From assembly GCF_004010195.1 (NCBI RefSeq), contig NC_057718.1:23942605-24006604 (forward strand): DNA of 64,000 bases, in the 5' to 3' direction. The DNA is from Chiloscyllium plagiosum (Eukaryota). This document shows positions 1-13,180 of this stretch, in pieces; within the stretch, counting starts at the first letter, position 1, and the number at the start of each line of letters is the position of its first letter. The translations under genes were made by a program, and so were the position numbers. The notes beneath the pieces were generated by a model. The model saw only the letters and a list, made by a program, of their open reading frames with translations, was not told where the DNA came from and ran no database searches.

Positions 1-439
1 TTTAACAAGGGATTCTAATTCCTTATTAAACCACGGCTCCCTCACACGACCCTTTCCTCCCTGCCTGACGGGTACATACTTATCAAGGACACTCAATAGT
101 TGTTCCTTGAACAAGCTCCACATATCAATTACGCCCTTTCCTTGAAGCCTACTTTTCCAAGCCACGCATCCTAAGTCATGCCTCACCGCATCATAATTTC
201 CCTGCCCCCTGCTATAACTCTTGCCCTGCAGTGCACACTTATCCCTCTCCATCACTAGAGTAAAAGTCACTGAATTGTGGTCACTGTCCCCAAAGTGCTC
301 ACCTACCTCTAATTCTAACACCTGGCCTGGTTTGTTACCCAGAACCAAATCCAGTATGGCCTCACCTCTTGTTGGCCTATCTACATATTGTGTCAGGAAA
401 CCCTCCTGCACACATTGGACAAATACCGACCCATCTAAC
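1..439 (-). mobile_element. CR1 LINE ORF2 endonuclease fragment, 5'-truncated, continuing off the window edge
   Basis: Minus strand reads uninterrupted FLTQYVDRPTRGEAILDLVLGN...HFGDSDHNSVTF...EPWFNKEL (APE SDH motif). Confidence 0.9.
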
Positions 440-1004
440 AGGTCTTAAAATGCCTAAGACCTGTTCTCATTTTAAATCTGGCATCTTCACCGGAGGATTG
501 GTCTCAAATAGCTCTAATTTTCTAATCATGAGTGAATTGGTGTCAAATGCATTCATCTATCACTTAAAGGATTTGTTTAAAGTTTCCCTCTATGACAATT
601 GCTATGCATTTCATTCTCTGCTTTGACATCAAACCTATTCACAGGAACAAATACAAGGATGTTCGAGATGAGGGGATTTTAGTGACCAGAGTAGTTTGGT
701 GAAACTGGGATTGTTCTCGTTGGGGAAAACGAGATTTGAAGATGTGCAAGCTTGAGGTTAATTCACTTTATCAGAAAGGTCACCCCTATAATTACTTGTG
801 TTCTTTGGGTAAGGGAAGCCGGGAGGGGTGTTGCCGATTTGTGAGGAAGACTTCCTTTATAAGAAAGGGATAATGATGTGGAATTTGCCACTTTTTTTTT
901 TGTTTCCCAATTGTATTGCCCTCAATGAAATTATCTATCCAACCACATGTTGGCATTTTGACCACATGTCAGAATGACTTCCTTCTATGTATTGATTAAC
1001 TCAC

Positions 1005-1800
1005 TTGAGCCAGCATTTATCTCCTGTCCCTAGCCACCCTTTAAAAGGGAGCGGTGAGCTGCCTCCTTGAACTGCTGTAGTTTGTGCACTGTTTGTACCC
1101 CTACAATGCCTTTAGGGAGGGAATTCCAGGATTTTGGTCCAGAAACAATGAAGGAACCATTATTGCCAAGTCAGGATGATGAGTGCCTTGGAGGAGAAGG
1201 TGTAGGAGGTAGTGTTCCCATGATTGACTGTGGGTTTGGACAGTGCTCTCTAAGGAGCATTGTGACTTTCTTCAGTACATCTTGTAGATGGTACTCGCTG
1301 CTGCTGTGCATTGGTAGTGGAGGGAGCAGATGTTTGTGCACATAGTATGCACCAATTGGCCTTGTTTTGATCTGGATAGAATCCAGCTTCTTGAGGGTTG
1401 CTGGATTTGCACTCCACTATGCAAGTGGAGAGTATTCCATCACACTTTCTCTTGATTTTATATCTTGGAAATGATAGTCAACAGGTAAGTTACTCACTAA
1501 TGTATTCCTAGACTCTGATCTGCTCTTGAGGCTACAGCACATGTATGGCTAGTCTAGTTGAATTTCTGGTCAATGATAATGACATTTGAGTATTAAGAGG
1601 CAGCTGTTCGATGTTTTTCTGGATATGGTCATAGCCTGGTATTTGTGTGGCATGACAAGCTTGGGTGTTGTCCCAATATTGCTGCATTGGGACATGATCT
1701 GCTTCAGTATCTGAGGAGTCTGAAATGATGCTGAACATTGTGCAATAATTGGCGAGCATCCCCACTTTTGCAGAGAAGGTCATTTTAAGCAGCCAAAGAT
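1005..1800 (-). mobile_element. Degraded 3' part of a second LINE family (shares its tail with SINE family B)
   Basis: gccagcatttat...ccct tail also terminates SINE-B copies; homologous to 11060-11680. Confidence 0.65.
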
Positions 1801-4800
1801 GATTGATCATTAGCCTTAGGCCCAATCTAATAGGACTAATGTAATGAAGGCTCTTTTCTCAAAGCACTCTACTGCCAATGATCTACTTCCTGAAGTGCAA
1901 TAACTGTTCAATTTGAGAAAGAGAGCCAATTTGTATTCAAGAGTGTAATGAAAACCTTTTTATTTCTCCTCTTGATTTAAGAAATGAATATCAGGCAGGA
2001 CATCTGAGAATTGAATGTTTTTTATAGTTACCTGTTCCAGGCAACACAAAATAACTTTTTTTTTTCCCCCTCATGACAGATTGGTTTAAAATCACAGAAA
2101 TTCCTTTTTTGTACTTGCTGAGATAAATACATTTTTAAAAATAATGATGCATGAAGGATCTTTTGTGATGTGTGAATGATGATCAACATTGAAAACTGAA
2201 TTGATTTAGGTATGCATCAAATTGTTTTGTCATAATTTAATCAAGCACTCCAACCCAATTATCCCAAATCAGTTCAAAACTAACAACTTATACTGCTAAA
2301 TACGTTCACTGATGATGTTTTTAGGGTTGTGTCATCAGAAGAAAGCATTGACAAACACCCACCTCGTTTGAGATTAAAAGCAGAATCTAGTAACCTATTC
2401 CTTTTATTTAATAATTTAAATATAAGGTATTGAACTACAGTGTGCTGCAAGGTCTTACTAGGCTAATTCCTGGGATGGTAGGATTGGTGCACAGGGAAAG
2501 GTTGAAATCAGTTCAGAAGAATGAAGGAGGAATCTCCATAGAAATCTATAACATCTTGTAGATGCAGAAAGAATGTTTCCAATGGAGAGGGAGTCCAGAA
2601 GCCTGGACCACAGTTCAGGGTTACCTGATAAACCATTAAGGCCTGAGGGATGGAGAATTTCTTTCACCTACAGTAGAGAGTTTGGAGGAATTTAGTTGTT
2701 GTAATGGCCATCCTATTCTGTATTTGAATATTCTTCAATCTTAATAGTTTCCTGTCTAGTATTCCAAAGCAACATTGGAGGAAATCAGACATTCTAGATT
2801 GTTACTGTGATCTTGCAGCTAACATTGCTTTGATATTTTCTTTTTGTTTTGTAGCTAATATGATTTAACACCATAAATGAGACATGGTACCCCTATCGGT
2901 TTCTTTGTACTTTCTCCTAACCCAACCCCTCCAACTCACATTGTCCTGATGGATCTTACTATCCACATGTTTAAATTGGAACAAATCTGCACCAATTAAC
3001 AACTTGAAGTTATGCACGTGGTTAATTTGATATTCTAAAACTTAAGTCTTGTTAGCAAGTTACATATTCAATCAGCATTGTGACTGTATACCAGATGTTC
3101 TCTCCCAAGTGTATCTTTTCTGATAGTTTTATACCTTTAGAAAACAGAAAAAAAAACTTATGTGTTTGACTGGTATTAGTTAATTAACATTGCACAGATC
3201 AGGCTCAGAATCAATGATCTTCTGGTTTGTGAGTATGAGTTGCACATTTTGAAGAAGTGTTAACCAACTAACTAAGAACTCCAATCATTTTTGCACAAGG
3301 TGCTACTTTGTGTTAGTGTTCCACTTTTGATTACAAAATCAACTTGTCTCTGCTTCATTTCGGAATCAAATTCTTTTGTTTTTAGCTTGTAATGTTGAGA
3401 GAAACCTGGATCAAAGCAACACTTCCAGGGGTTAATCTACTTTTTAATAGCAAAATTATGATCTTGAAGCCAAGATCTTGGCACCAGCTATTATTTACAA
3501 TAATGTCGGCTTTTGTCATTTTTGCATGATGTACGTACATGTTGAACAGTTTTTCTTAACTGAAGAGAACATTCCTGAATTTATGTGATTGTTGTCCACT
3601 ACTATCCATAATCAGTGTTGTCGTCATCATCTCCTAAATGTGTGAAATACTGAATGGAAAAATGATAGACCCATCCAGTTTGTCTTCAAACATCTGGTAG
3701 TGTCTCAATGACTAACAATTGCAATTAGTCTCTATGAATTAGTCTGCTGCAGATCCAGACACACAAACGGGTAATGAAAATATTTTGGAATAATGGGTCC
3801 AAAATTAGTTGTTCCTCGCAATCATGCTATAGTGACCATGTGTTGTCATGCATCAACTCATTTTATATATTGTATCCCACATATTTAATTCAGAATATTC
3901 CCATTTACATTTAAATTAAACAATCCTCTCTGCTTCCATCATTGCTAAAAGAGACTCTCTTTGTGGATTGACCACTCTCCCATTGAATACTTCCTCTGCA
4001 AGTTTAGGTTTATTTCCCCCCTTGATTTGTAGGTTGTTTCCCCTAATTCTACTCATTAGAGGCATTGTCATGTAGAACTATGTGGCAAATATTTTAAGCT
4101 GAGTCTCATTGTGTCTTAAACATAAAATAGTTTAAATATTTAGAGTTTGGATACTGGAATATATAAAACTGCAGATTTCTATAATTTGTTAACACACTTC
4201 AACAAATTGAACAAATCTTTAACTATTAGTTTGTCATTGATCTTCCTCCAACAGTTCATTTATTTTAACATGATGTAGTTAGTTGAAAAAAGCTATTAAC
4301 CTAATCTTAGTTTGCTCTTACAGTGTTTGGACAAAATAGTCAACTGTTTTGTTTGTTTTTGTTTGAGGCATTTTTACTTAACATGCTGTTTTTCAAATTT
4401 GCATTTCCTTTTTCATTCTGATCTATGCTCACCTCCATCATGATGTTTAGAGTGCGAGCCTTTTAAGCTGTTGTCCCTCCCTGGCTTTCTCACTTCTGGA
4501 GATTTGGTGTAGTGTAAACAATTTTCTTGATATTGAGTAAATGTCACGGGCATCCATCAATTCCAATGCTTTGTCAACTTTGGATATTTTAGCCTGGAGG
4601 TTTCATCTCATGTCCACACACCAACTATTCAGCTGGCTTTTGCAAATCTGCAATATTTTTATAATCAATGGGAAAATGGGCATTTTCTTCAAATTCTCAA
4701 AGTTTAAGAATTATTGGTGTCAGCCATGTTACAAGGAATTTTATCTGCACCTCCTCGAGAATCTTAGCTAGTCCTAGAGAATTGGCACCCTTACCACTGA

Positions 4801-5564
4801 CAGATTTAGAATTCTATGCTGCTTTATCGCATCAGTTTTTAGATTTAGGAATTTCACAGTTGACTATTTTGTCCAAACACTGTAAGAGCAAACTAAGATC
4901 TCTTAAGACACAAGATTCTAATGACCAATGTTATCTTTGTCCTGCAAGCAATTCATTTTTCTGACATCTGAAATGTAACTTTCGTAAGGAAGGTGGTTCA
5001 AGAATACTCTTGGTTTTAGAGAGAATTTCAAATGAATTGTTTGTTTTTAAGAAGTGTGAATAATGTTAACTGTACATAGGTTCCCCTTTTATTTGCCACC
5101 ATATGCCAAGATTAAATCGATCTTTCTTGTATCATATCACTTTTGGCAATCATTTGAATATCTATTGTGAATGGGAGTCAGTATTGTAAATATTTCACAA
5201 ACAGATGAATCATCTTTGTATTTTGTAGTGCAGTCATTGTGAAGGAGTGGGGTGCTGCATAAATTAGCAGTCCTAAAAGGACTAATCTTAGATTTTTGCC
5301 AACAGCAAAGATATTGCTAATGCATTCGAGATTCTTAAACCTAACCAGTGCATCTTTGAGAAAGTAGCAGTCATAGTGAGAACAAAGAAAGGAATAAGAA
5401 CATAAAAATTGTTGCAGAAGTAAGCTATTCAGTTTGTCAAGCCTGCTGTACTAATGATTTGATGTGTTTTTGACTTCAGTTCTTAAAAGCCCCAATTTTA
5501 ACCTTTTTTGATTTCTCTACCTGAGAAACATATTTCTACCTCTGCCTTTGAAATATTTTAATGG

Positions 5565-6150
5565 AGAGGTGATGGCTTAGTGGTATTGATCAACTGAACA
5601 ATTAACTCAGACTGGAAATACAAGTGCTGGAGAACACAATGGGTCAGGCACCATCCACTGAGAGAAAGCAAGCTGACATTTCAAGTCTAGGTAACTCTTC
5701 AGACTCTGAAGGGTCAAATACACTGAAAATGTTAGCTTGCTTTCTCTCCATGCATGCTGCATGGTGTTCCCCAGCACTTTTTTTTTTGTTTTCATACAGC
5801 ATCTGCAATAATTTACTCCCACAATTAATTCAGAAATTCGGATAATGTATTGGGGACCTGGATTTGAATCCTGCTAGGGCAGATAGTAGAGTTTGAATTC
5901 AGTTTTGAAAAGAAAATCTGGAATTAAGTCGAATGACTCTGTGCAACCAATGATGTTTGTTGGAAAAAACCTATCTGGTTCACTAATGTCCCTTTCCTTT
6001 CCTTCTTTTAAAGAGAAGGAAACTGCCAGCCTTGCCTGGTCAGCCTCTGCGTGACTTCAGAATCTTAGCAATGTAATTTAAATCTGAACTGCAATTAAAG
6101 ATGAGCAATAAATGCTGGATTGGACAGTGACAACTGTTATCCATGAACAT
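5565..6150 (+). mobile_element. tRNA-derived SINE family B, interrupted by a PLE-derived hairpin
   Basis: A-box-like TGGCTTAGTGG, B-box-like GGATTTGAATCC, body ccatctggttcactaatgtcc, tail gcaataaatgctgg; matches 12385 and 43679 copies. Confidence 0.8.
5612..5820. mobile_element. Penelope-derived inverted-repeat element
   Basis: gagagaaagcaagctgacatttc pairs with gaaaatgttagcttgctttctctc; ends cagcatctgca like other copies. Confidence 0.7.
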
Positions 6151-6271
6151 TTTTTTAAAAATCCAGTGCCTTCTGAAGCAGACTTGTGTAAATCCATTTG
6201 AGAGAAAAAAAGAATCCCTTCATCTCCGCCTCAAAAATGACATCTAATGGAAAAACTATGTTCCTTGTAGA

Positions 6272-7225
6272 AATAAAAACAGAAATTGATGGGGAAAAAC
6301 TCAGCAGGTCTCACAGCATCTGTGGAGGTCCAGTGACCTTTCCTCAACTGATAGTAGCTAGGGGCATCTTTTCCTTATGCAGAAGAAAGTCTCCCCAGGA
6401 GAGAAGAATAAGACCAAGGAATGGATAATGGGGGTCAGCCTAGGTGAATGAATAGCTGCTAGGACAGCACAGTGGCTCACTGTGGTTAGCACTGCTGCCT
6501 TGCAGCATCAGGGACCCAGACTTGAAACCACTCTTGAGCGACTGTCATCTGTGGGAAGTTTACTCATTCTCCCGGTGTCTGCCTTGTTTCCTCCAAGTGC
6601 TCCAGTTTCCTCCCACAGTCCAAAGATGTGCAGGTTAAGTAGATTGGCCATGCTAAATTGCGCGCACAGTCCTAGAATGTGCAAGCTAGGTGGATTAGCC
6701 ATCAGAAGTGCAGGGCGACCGGGATAGGGTAGTGGGGTTGCTGTGGGTATGTTGCTATCTGGAGGGTTGGTGTGGACTTAATGGGCCAAATGGCCTGCTT
6801 CCACACTGTAGGAGTTCTGTAAGTCTTGTTGAAGACTACTGGTGGCTAACATTGGGGTGTCTGTGTGTAAAATGGCAAACCATGTGATAACAACAAGGAG
6901 AAAGTAAGGACCACAGATGTTGGAGATCAGAGTCAAAGTGTGGTACTGGAAAAGCACAATTGGTCAGCCAGCAACTGAGGAGCAGGAGAATTAACTATTC
7001 CAGTATAAGCCCAATATCGGGAACAAGGCCTGATGTGTCAGATTTTTGGATAAGGACATAATGCTTCAAGCCCTAAAATCTTTGACTCCATATTGAGTCC
7101 AGAAGGCTGCAGAATTTCCAAGTGGAAAATGACATGCTGTTCTTCCAGCTTGCACTGAGCTTTGCTGGAGCACTGCTGCAAGCCGGAGCTGGAGGTGTTA
7201 GCCAGGAAACCAGGTTTTGTGTTGT
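6272..7225 (-). mobile_element. Penelope-like element 3' fragment (GIY-YIG C-terminus plus terminal repeat) with nested V-SINE and a second PLE repeat (~6896-7025)
   Basis: Minus strand 7175-7083 translates QCSSKAQCKLEEQHVIFHLEILQPSGLNME, resembling the PLE endonuclease end (KLEEQHLIFRLGTLQPxGxN). Confidence 0.8.
6462..6820 (+). mobile_element. V-SINE (HE1-like) family A
   Basis: tRNA-like head GTGGTTAGCACTGCTGCC, central domain gtttcctcccacagtccaaagatgtgcaggtt, CR1-like tail ggcctg..tccacactgta. Confidence 0.9.
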
Positions 7226-7229
7226 AGAC

Positions 7230-8790
7230 TAGCCAAGAAGATGAAATTGCTTCTCTGTGTTCACTGTGTCAAGACCCATTCAGGGTCTTTTTGTTCTGCT
7301 ATCAACTCACACTTTTCTAAATTCCATTGGAAATGAGTCCAGTCTGCCTAAACTTTATCTTGGAAGACAACCTGCTTATCTTGCTAGGTGTCAATCTAGC
7401 AAATCATTACTGAACTGCCTCCAACATTTTTTTTTGTGCATCCTTTGCTTAAATAAGGAAACCAAAGCTGTGCACAGTATTCAAGATGTGATCTCATCAA
7501 CTCTCTCTTCTAACTGAAACATAACATCATCTTCCTTCCCTTATTCAATTCTTCTTGACTTTGTACTCATGCTAATCACCCACCCACCCCACCCCCCACC
7601 CCACCATAAGCTCTGTCTTTACAATCACTTTTTTCTTTTGGCACCTCGTCCAATGCCTTTTGAAAATCTGAGTACAGTGAATGTATACATTCTGCTTTTT
7701 CTACACTACATGTTGAATGAGAAGAAAGCTAATTAAATATTTCCCTTTCACAAAACTATGCTGACATTTCCTCATAACTCGACATTTTCAAAGTGCCCAA
7801 ATATAATGTCCTTTTTTAATACTTCATTCTGACATCTTAGCCAAAAAAGGTCAAGCTAACTGGACTATAGTTTCCTGTCTTCTGCCCCACTCTCCCTATC
7901 CTTGAATAGAATAGCTATATTTACTACTTTCCTGTTTGATGGTACTTTTTAAAAATACCTGTAGAAGCACTTTTACATTCCTGGGTAGATTTGTCTTCCA
8001 CTCTAATTTCTTTCTCTTGATTCAGCTTTTAGCGTCACTCTGCCATTTTTAATATTCTGAGCAATCATCTAGACCTGCTACTTATTGCTCAGATTGTTTT
8101 CCTGAAACTTTTATGCTTTCCCAAATTCCTTTTAATTAGCCATGTTTGGCTTTCATGACCAAATAGTTACATTTTCCTTTCATTTTAAAGTACTAGTCTT
8201 AAACCCACTCTTTTGTTCTTTTAAACTGGATATAGGATTGAATCATATTATCACTGTTCAGAAGTGTCTTTTTTTTAAGCTCTACTGAGGTAATTAATCC
8301 TGTCTCATTTACACAATACCTTGTCTTCTGTAAATAACCTTGCTGTTTGGTCCCAGAATGTGCTATTCTACGTTGCTTTCTCAAGCATTTAGTGAATCCC
8401 TCATCCCATCTTATGCTGCCAACTGATTTTGTTCAGTTCACAAATATTTAAATTCACCAATAATTTTTATAGTTCCTTTAGAACAATCTTCGAGATGTTA
8501 CTTACTATTGAAAAATTTAGGTCACCTTTCACTATTCCTCTTCTACATCTGACTTGCTGAACAAAATTCATTTCTAACTATGACACAAATGCCATCTTTG
8601 ATTAACAGTGCAACCCCTCCAACTTTTTTGTACTTCCTATTCATTTGTGTGCCTTACACCCTTCAATGACAGGGATTGAATCTTGAACATTCTGCAGCCA
8701 TGTCCCTGTAATGACTGTCAGATCATATTTATTTATTTCAATGTGTATTATCACTTTGTTTACTTTTGAGTGCTATGCACATTTCAGGTA
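7230..8790 (-). mobile_element. Old degraded CR1 ORF2 remnant
   Basis: Reverse-strand remnants resembling LEYCxQxWxPY, DFQKA and GNYxP. Confidence 0.65.
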
Positions 8791-9556
8791 AGGCTTTTAG
8801 TGGTTTTTTTTTTTGGTGGTTTTTTTGAACCTGAGGGAAGGGGGATTGGACAGATCAGTTTGCTAACCATTTCAGAGAAGGATAAATATTTGCAATGAAT
8901 TGCCCAGGGAATTAGTGTAAGATGTGTAATTTTTAAGAGGCTGTTGATCAGAAATTTGCTGTGAAAATATGAGGACCCATTTATTTCCTTTCCCAGATCT
9001 AAAAGTTCCTATTTTCCTGGCATTACTATTATGAACACTGTGTTAATGTTAAGTGAGAACAGGATTATTTTTTATCATGATGCCTTGACAATGAAACAAC
9101 CTGACAACTATATCCACGCAAAACAGACAAGTTCAATTTGTATGGTACTATTTTCTTTAAAGATAATGAAATGTTCCCAGCTGATTCACAAATGTTATTA
9201 AACCAAAGTCAGCCTCCAAACAGATGAAGTCATGTGACCATAAGCTCAGACAGAGAGAATGATTGACTTATTGGTGATTTTGTCATGGGCCCATGATAAC
9301 AGGCCTGGGTTTAAGAAATAAATGTCCAAACTGTGGCTGCAGCTTCTGCCATTAGAAGGGTGACTGCAGAGGAAAGAAAAAAGCAAGTGTGCTTTGGAAA
9401 GAAAGGTCTCCCTCTGAGGGAGAAGATGTGAGGTGGTAGGACTAAACTGTTAATTTTTAAGATGGTGGAAGGTGGTATGGAAAACTGGCTGATGACATCG
9501 AAGATTTAGCTCCAGAAGGTCTTGTGGAGAAAGGTGAGAGGACATTCATCGCACAA

Positions 9557-9877
9557 GATTAGATTAGATTAGATTACTTTACAGTGTGGAAACAGGCCCT
9601 TCGGCCCAACAAGTCCACACCGACCCGCCGAAGCGCAAACCACCCATACCCCTACATTTACCCCTTACCTAACACTACGGACAATTTAACATGGCCAATT
9701 CACCTAACCTGCACATCTTTGTGACTGTGGGAGGAAACCGGAGCACCCGGAGGAAACCCACACAGACACTGGGAGAATGTGCAAACTCCACACAGTCAGT
9801 CGCCTGAGGCGGGAATTGAACCCGGGTCTCTGGCGCTGCGAGGCAGCAGTGCTAACCACTGTGCCACCGTGCTGCCC
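9557..9877 (-). mobile_element. V-SINE (HE1-like) family A, young full-length copy with (AATCT)n tail
   Basis: CpG-rich intact head with A/B boxes, central domain and short tandem tail. Confidence 0.95.
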
Positions 9878-10446
9878 ACAAAGAAGGGATGTGAAAAGAA
9901 AGCCATAGCAACTACAACTGCTTGTGCATTGAAGTATCTGCCAAAACAGTGATTCTAAACATATGAGGGAAAAATTTTGCATGCAGTATTTGGTTATTTT
10001 TGCAATTTAAAAAAAAAAAATATCCTCCACTGAAGAGCTACTGAAGATAACATGCCTTTAATTTTGCTGATCCAAGGAGGCCACTGTTTTCATTTTGAAT
10101 AATTTTATTATGGATTTTTAATCTTGAGTCTGAAGGTGATATTTGTTGGTCACTTACAATTTTTGACTACTATGTCTTTGTCTTTACTCCATTTTTCCCC
10201 TTTTCCTCTCATCTGGTTTCACCAGAAACTTGTCTTGTCCTGAGCCAACGATGTGTTAGACAAACATTAGAAGTCCTATATAAACCCAACAGCAATGTCC
10301 TAGCCAGTAGCTATCCCTCAGTCTATCAACAAAACAGCTTATCTGACCATGTAACTCATTGCTGGTTACAGAATTTTATGGGTATTAGAAGTGTATCAAT
10401 TAACTCAGGACCTTGGAGTTGGAGAAATGGGGAGGGGTGAGTTGAT

Positions 10447-10760
10447 GATTAGATTAGATTCCCTACAGTGTGGAAACAGGCCCTTCGGCCCAACTAGTCC
10501 ACACCGACCCTTCGAAGAGTAACCCACCCAGACCCATCCCCCAAAATAATGCACCTAACTCTACGGGCAATTTAGCATGACCAATTCACCTGACCTGCAC
10601 ATCTTTGGACTGTGGGAGGAAACTGGAGCACACTGAGGAAACCCACGCAGGCACTGGGAGAACATGCAAACTCCACACAGACAATTGCCCAAGGCTGGAA
10701 TTGAACCCGGGTCCCTGGCACTGTGAGGCAGCAGTGCTAACCACTGAGCCACCGTGCCGC
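10447..10760 (-). mobile_element. V-SINE family A
   Basis: Aligns with the 9557 copy. Confidence 0.93.
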
Positions 10761-11059
10761 TCAAGCGATTCTAAAAGAAAAGATTAGAATTTTATAATTA
10801 TGCTCTTAACCAATGCTATTGGAGTTAAAGGAATACAGATGTATTCATCCTTGCTCTTCCTGTGAGCTATATGTGATGAGACAATAATATTTTGGATTAA
10901 TATGGGTTTGCGGACAATATATTGTTGGAGACCATCCAGGAATGCTTTGGACCAGGCAAGTGTAAAGAAAACAAAGGCATTGATGAGAGTTTTCGCAATG
11001 AAGTTGACTGTTCAAGGTGGAAATAGGTTGTGTAAGTGAGATGTGACTGAATTTAGAAG

Positions 11060-11680
11060 CCCATCTCAGGGTCAATATTTGCTGCCAATCCCTAATTTGA
11101 TCTTCAAGATGGTGGTGAGCCATCAACTTGAAACCGTGCAGTCCTTGGTGTATGAAAATCCCAGACCTATTAGGAAGACAGTTCTAGAATTTGCAACGGC
11201 ATTTGCAAACATTTTGACTTGGAATTATGTGCAGGAGGCAGGACAGAAACTGTGGGACTCTTGTGCTCCTGTTTCAGAACCCCTGACCTGTGTATGGTGG
11301 GACTGGCTGAGAGCCCAAGAAATTGATTTACCCCTGGCACTGTCCTATTCCCAAACTGTGTGACTTGGAGGTGTACTTGCAGGTGGTGGTGTCCCTGTGC
11401 ATCTGATGTCCCTTTTTTGCTTTAGAAAAGCCTGCTTTATTGTCACGTACTCACGTGAGTACAGTGGAAAGTTTGCACATTGCCACTTGTGCATTCCGAG
11501 GTAACTAGGTAAAATTTCTACTTAAGAGTCCATTAGAGTGAAAAGAATTTTTAAAATATGGAAATTAAACAAAAAAACTCTAACAATAAATTCGAAACAC
11601 AGACATGAGAATTCAGTCCCTTTTAAGATGGTAGCGATCTTGGGTTTGGAAGAGCTGTCAAGGGTCTTGGAAAGCAGGAA
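11060..11680 (-). mobile_element. Second LINE family 3' fragment with nested insert at 11417-11615
   Basis: Homologous to 1005-1800 (ggtggtgagc...cttgaa...gcagtcc). Confidence 0.65.
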
Positions 11681-12384
11681 AGATATCCTTCCCTACAAGA
11701 CATAGTGAAATGAGAGGGTTTTACAACTGTCAGAATTTGGGTGACTACTGTTTAACTGATGTTCACTCTGCCATCTAAGCTTCATTTTATTAATTCTAAT
11801 TTTACTGACACGCAGTTTAAATTCTTTAGCTGTTCTGCTGACATTTACACTATCTTCCAGAATTGGGAATGTAATGGTGATGTTACTTGACTACCCTGCT
11901 GATGTTAGTGTTTTGTATGTCTGCATCTTTATCATAATGAAATTAGACCACTGGTGAAATTTTATTCAGACTGGAATTAGATCTCTAGCTCAAGCATTGG
12001 TGAATGGTATGGATTTGTACCTGTTTCAAAGTTCTTTTGATTTTAAGTACCCTACCTGAACTGAATTTGTGGGAATAAGGTGATAGTAGCAGGTTCAGAA
12101 GCTTATAATAGCTTTGAAATATGTCAAAAGTAGTCAAGTAAACTCTTAATGAAAACTTTAAGTCAGAACACAAGATTCCAAGGCAATGTCAGTTAAAGAC
12201 AGACAGACATAGTGCATCTCTTTTAAATTAAAGATTTCTTCCCAATTTTCTATTTGGCATTGGTTGATGCATAAAACAAAATCTTATTATATACAGTGCC
12301 ATTAATGAAATAAACCACCTAGGGTACATTATAAATCCAAATTTGACACTGAGAAGCTTTAAGGTAGTCTTTTAAAATTTTTTT

Positions 12385-12725
12385 CTTATTTGCTCATGGG
12401 ATGAGGGCATTGCTGGCAGGGCCAGCATTTATTGGGCAATTAGGGATGGACAGAAGGCAGTTGAGAGTCAACCCCATTGCTGTGTGTCTCGAGTCATATG
12501 TAGTCCTGAAGGCAGTTTCCTTCCCTAAAGGATATTAGTGAACCAGATGAGTTTTTTCCTACAATGAATAATGGATTCATGTTCATTGTTAGACTCTTAA
12601 TTTCAGGTATTTTGTGAATTTAAGTTCCACCATCTGCCATGGTGGGATTTAAACCCGGGTCCCCAGAACATTACCTGGGTCACTGGATTAACAGGTCAAG
12701 TGATAATACCACTAAGCCATTGCCA
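12385..12725 (-). mobile_element. SINE family B
   Basis: Reverse complement of the 5565 and 43679 copies. Confidence 0.88.
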
Positions 12726-12848
12726 CTTCTATTACAGAGAACTGGGTCTAGTTTTGTTCTTATAAGTACTAGCTATCTTCTGATTTGGACACTTAATCTC
12801 CAACATGATTTCTTTTTTTGTTTTGGCCCATAAAAATTGTCAATGATG

Positions 12849-13180
12849 TGGCATGGTGTATCAGTGGTTAGCACTGCTGTCTTACAGCGCCAGGGACCTG
12901 GGTTTGATTCCATCCTTGGTCGAATATCTGAATTGAGTTTACATATTATCCCTGTGTCTGCATTGGTTTCCTTCCACAATCCAAAAATATACATGTTAGG
13001 TGGATTGACTATGTTAAATTGCCCACAGTGTCCAGGGAAGTGCAGGTTACATGAGCTAGCCATGAGAAATGCAGGGTTACAGAGAAGGTGTAGGGGGCTG
13101 TGTCTGAATGGGATGCTCTTTTGGAGGATGTTTGTGGACTTGATAGGCCAAATGGCCTGTTTCCACACTATAGGGATTAT
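12849..13180 (+). mobile_element. V-SINE family A, diverged
   Basis: Head, central domain and tail all recognisable. Confidence 0.88.

Noticed and set aside
2324..2395. Possible small exon (ttttag|GGTTGTG..., VVSSEESIDKHPPRL)
   Set aside because: Weak donor and no identifiable protein; cannot be supported without RNA data.
9780..9877. tRNA-like sequences with A/B boxes
   Set aside because: They continue into SINE bodies and tails, so they are SINE heads rather than tRNA genes.
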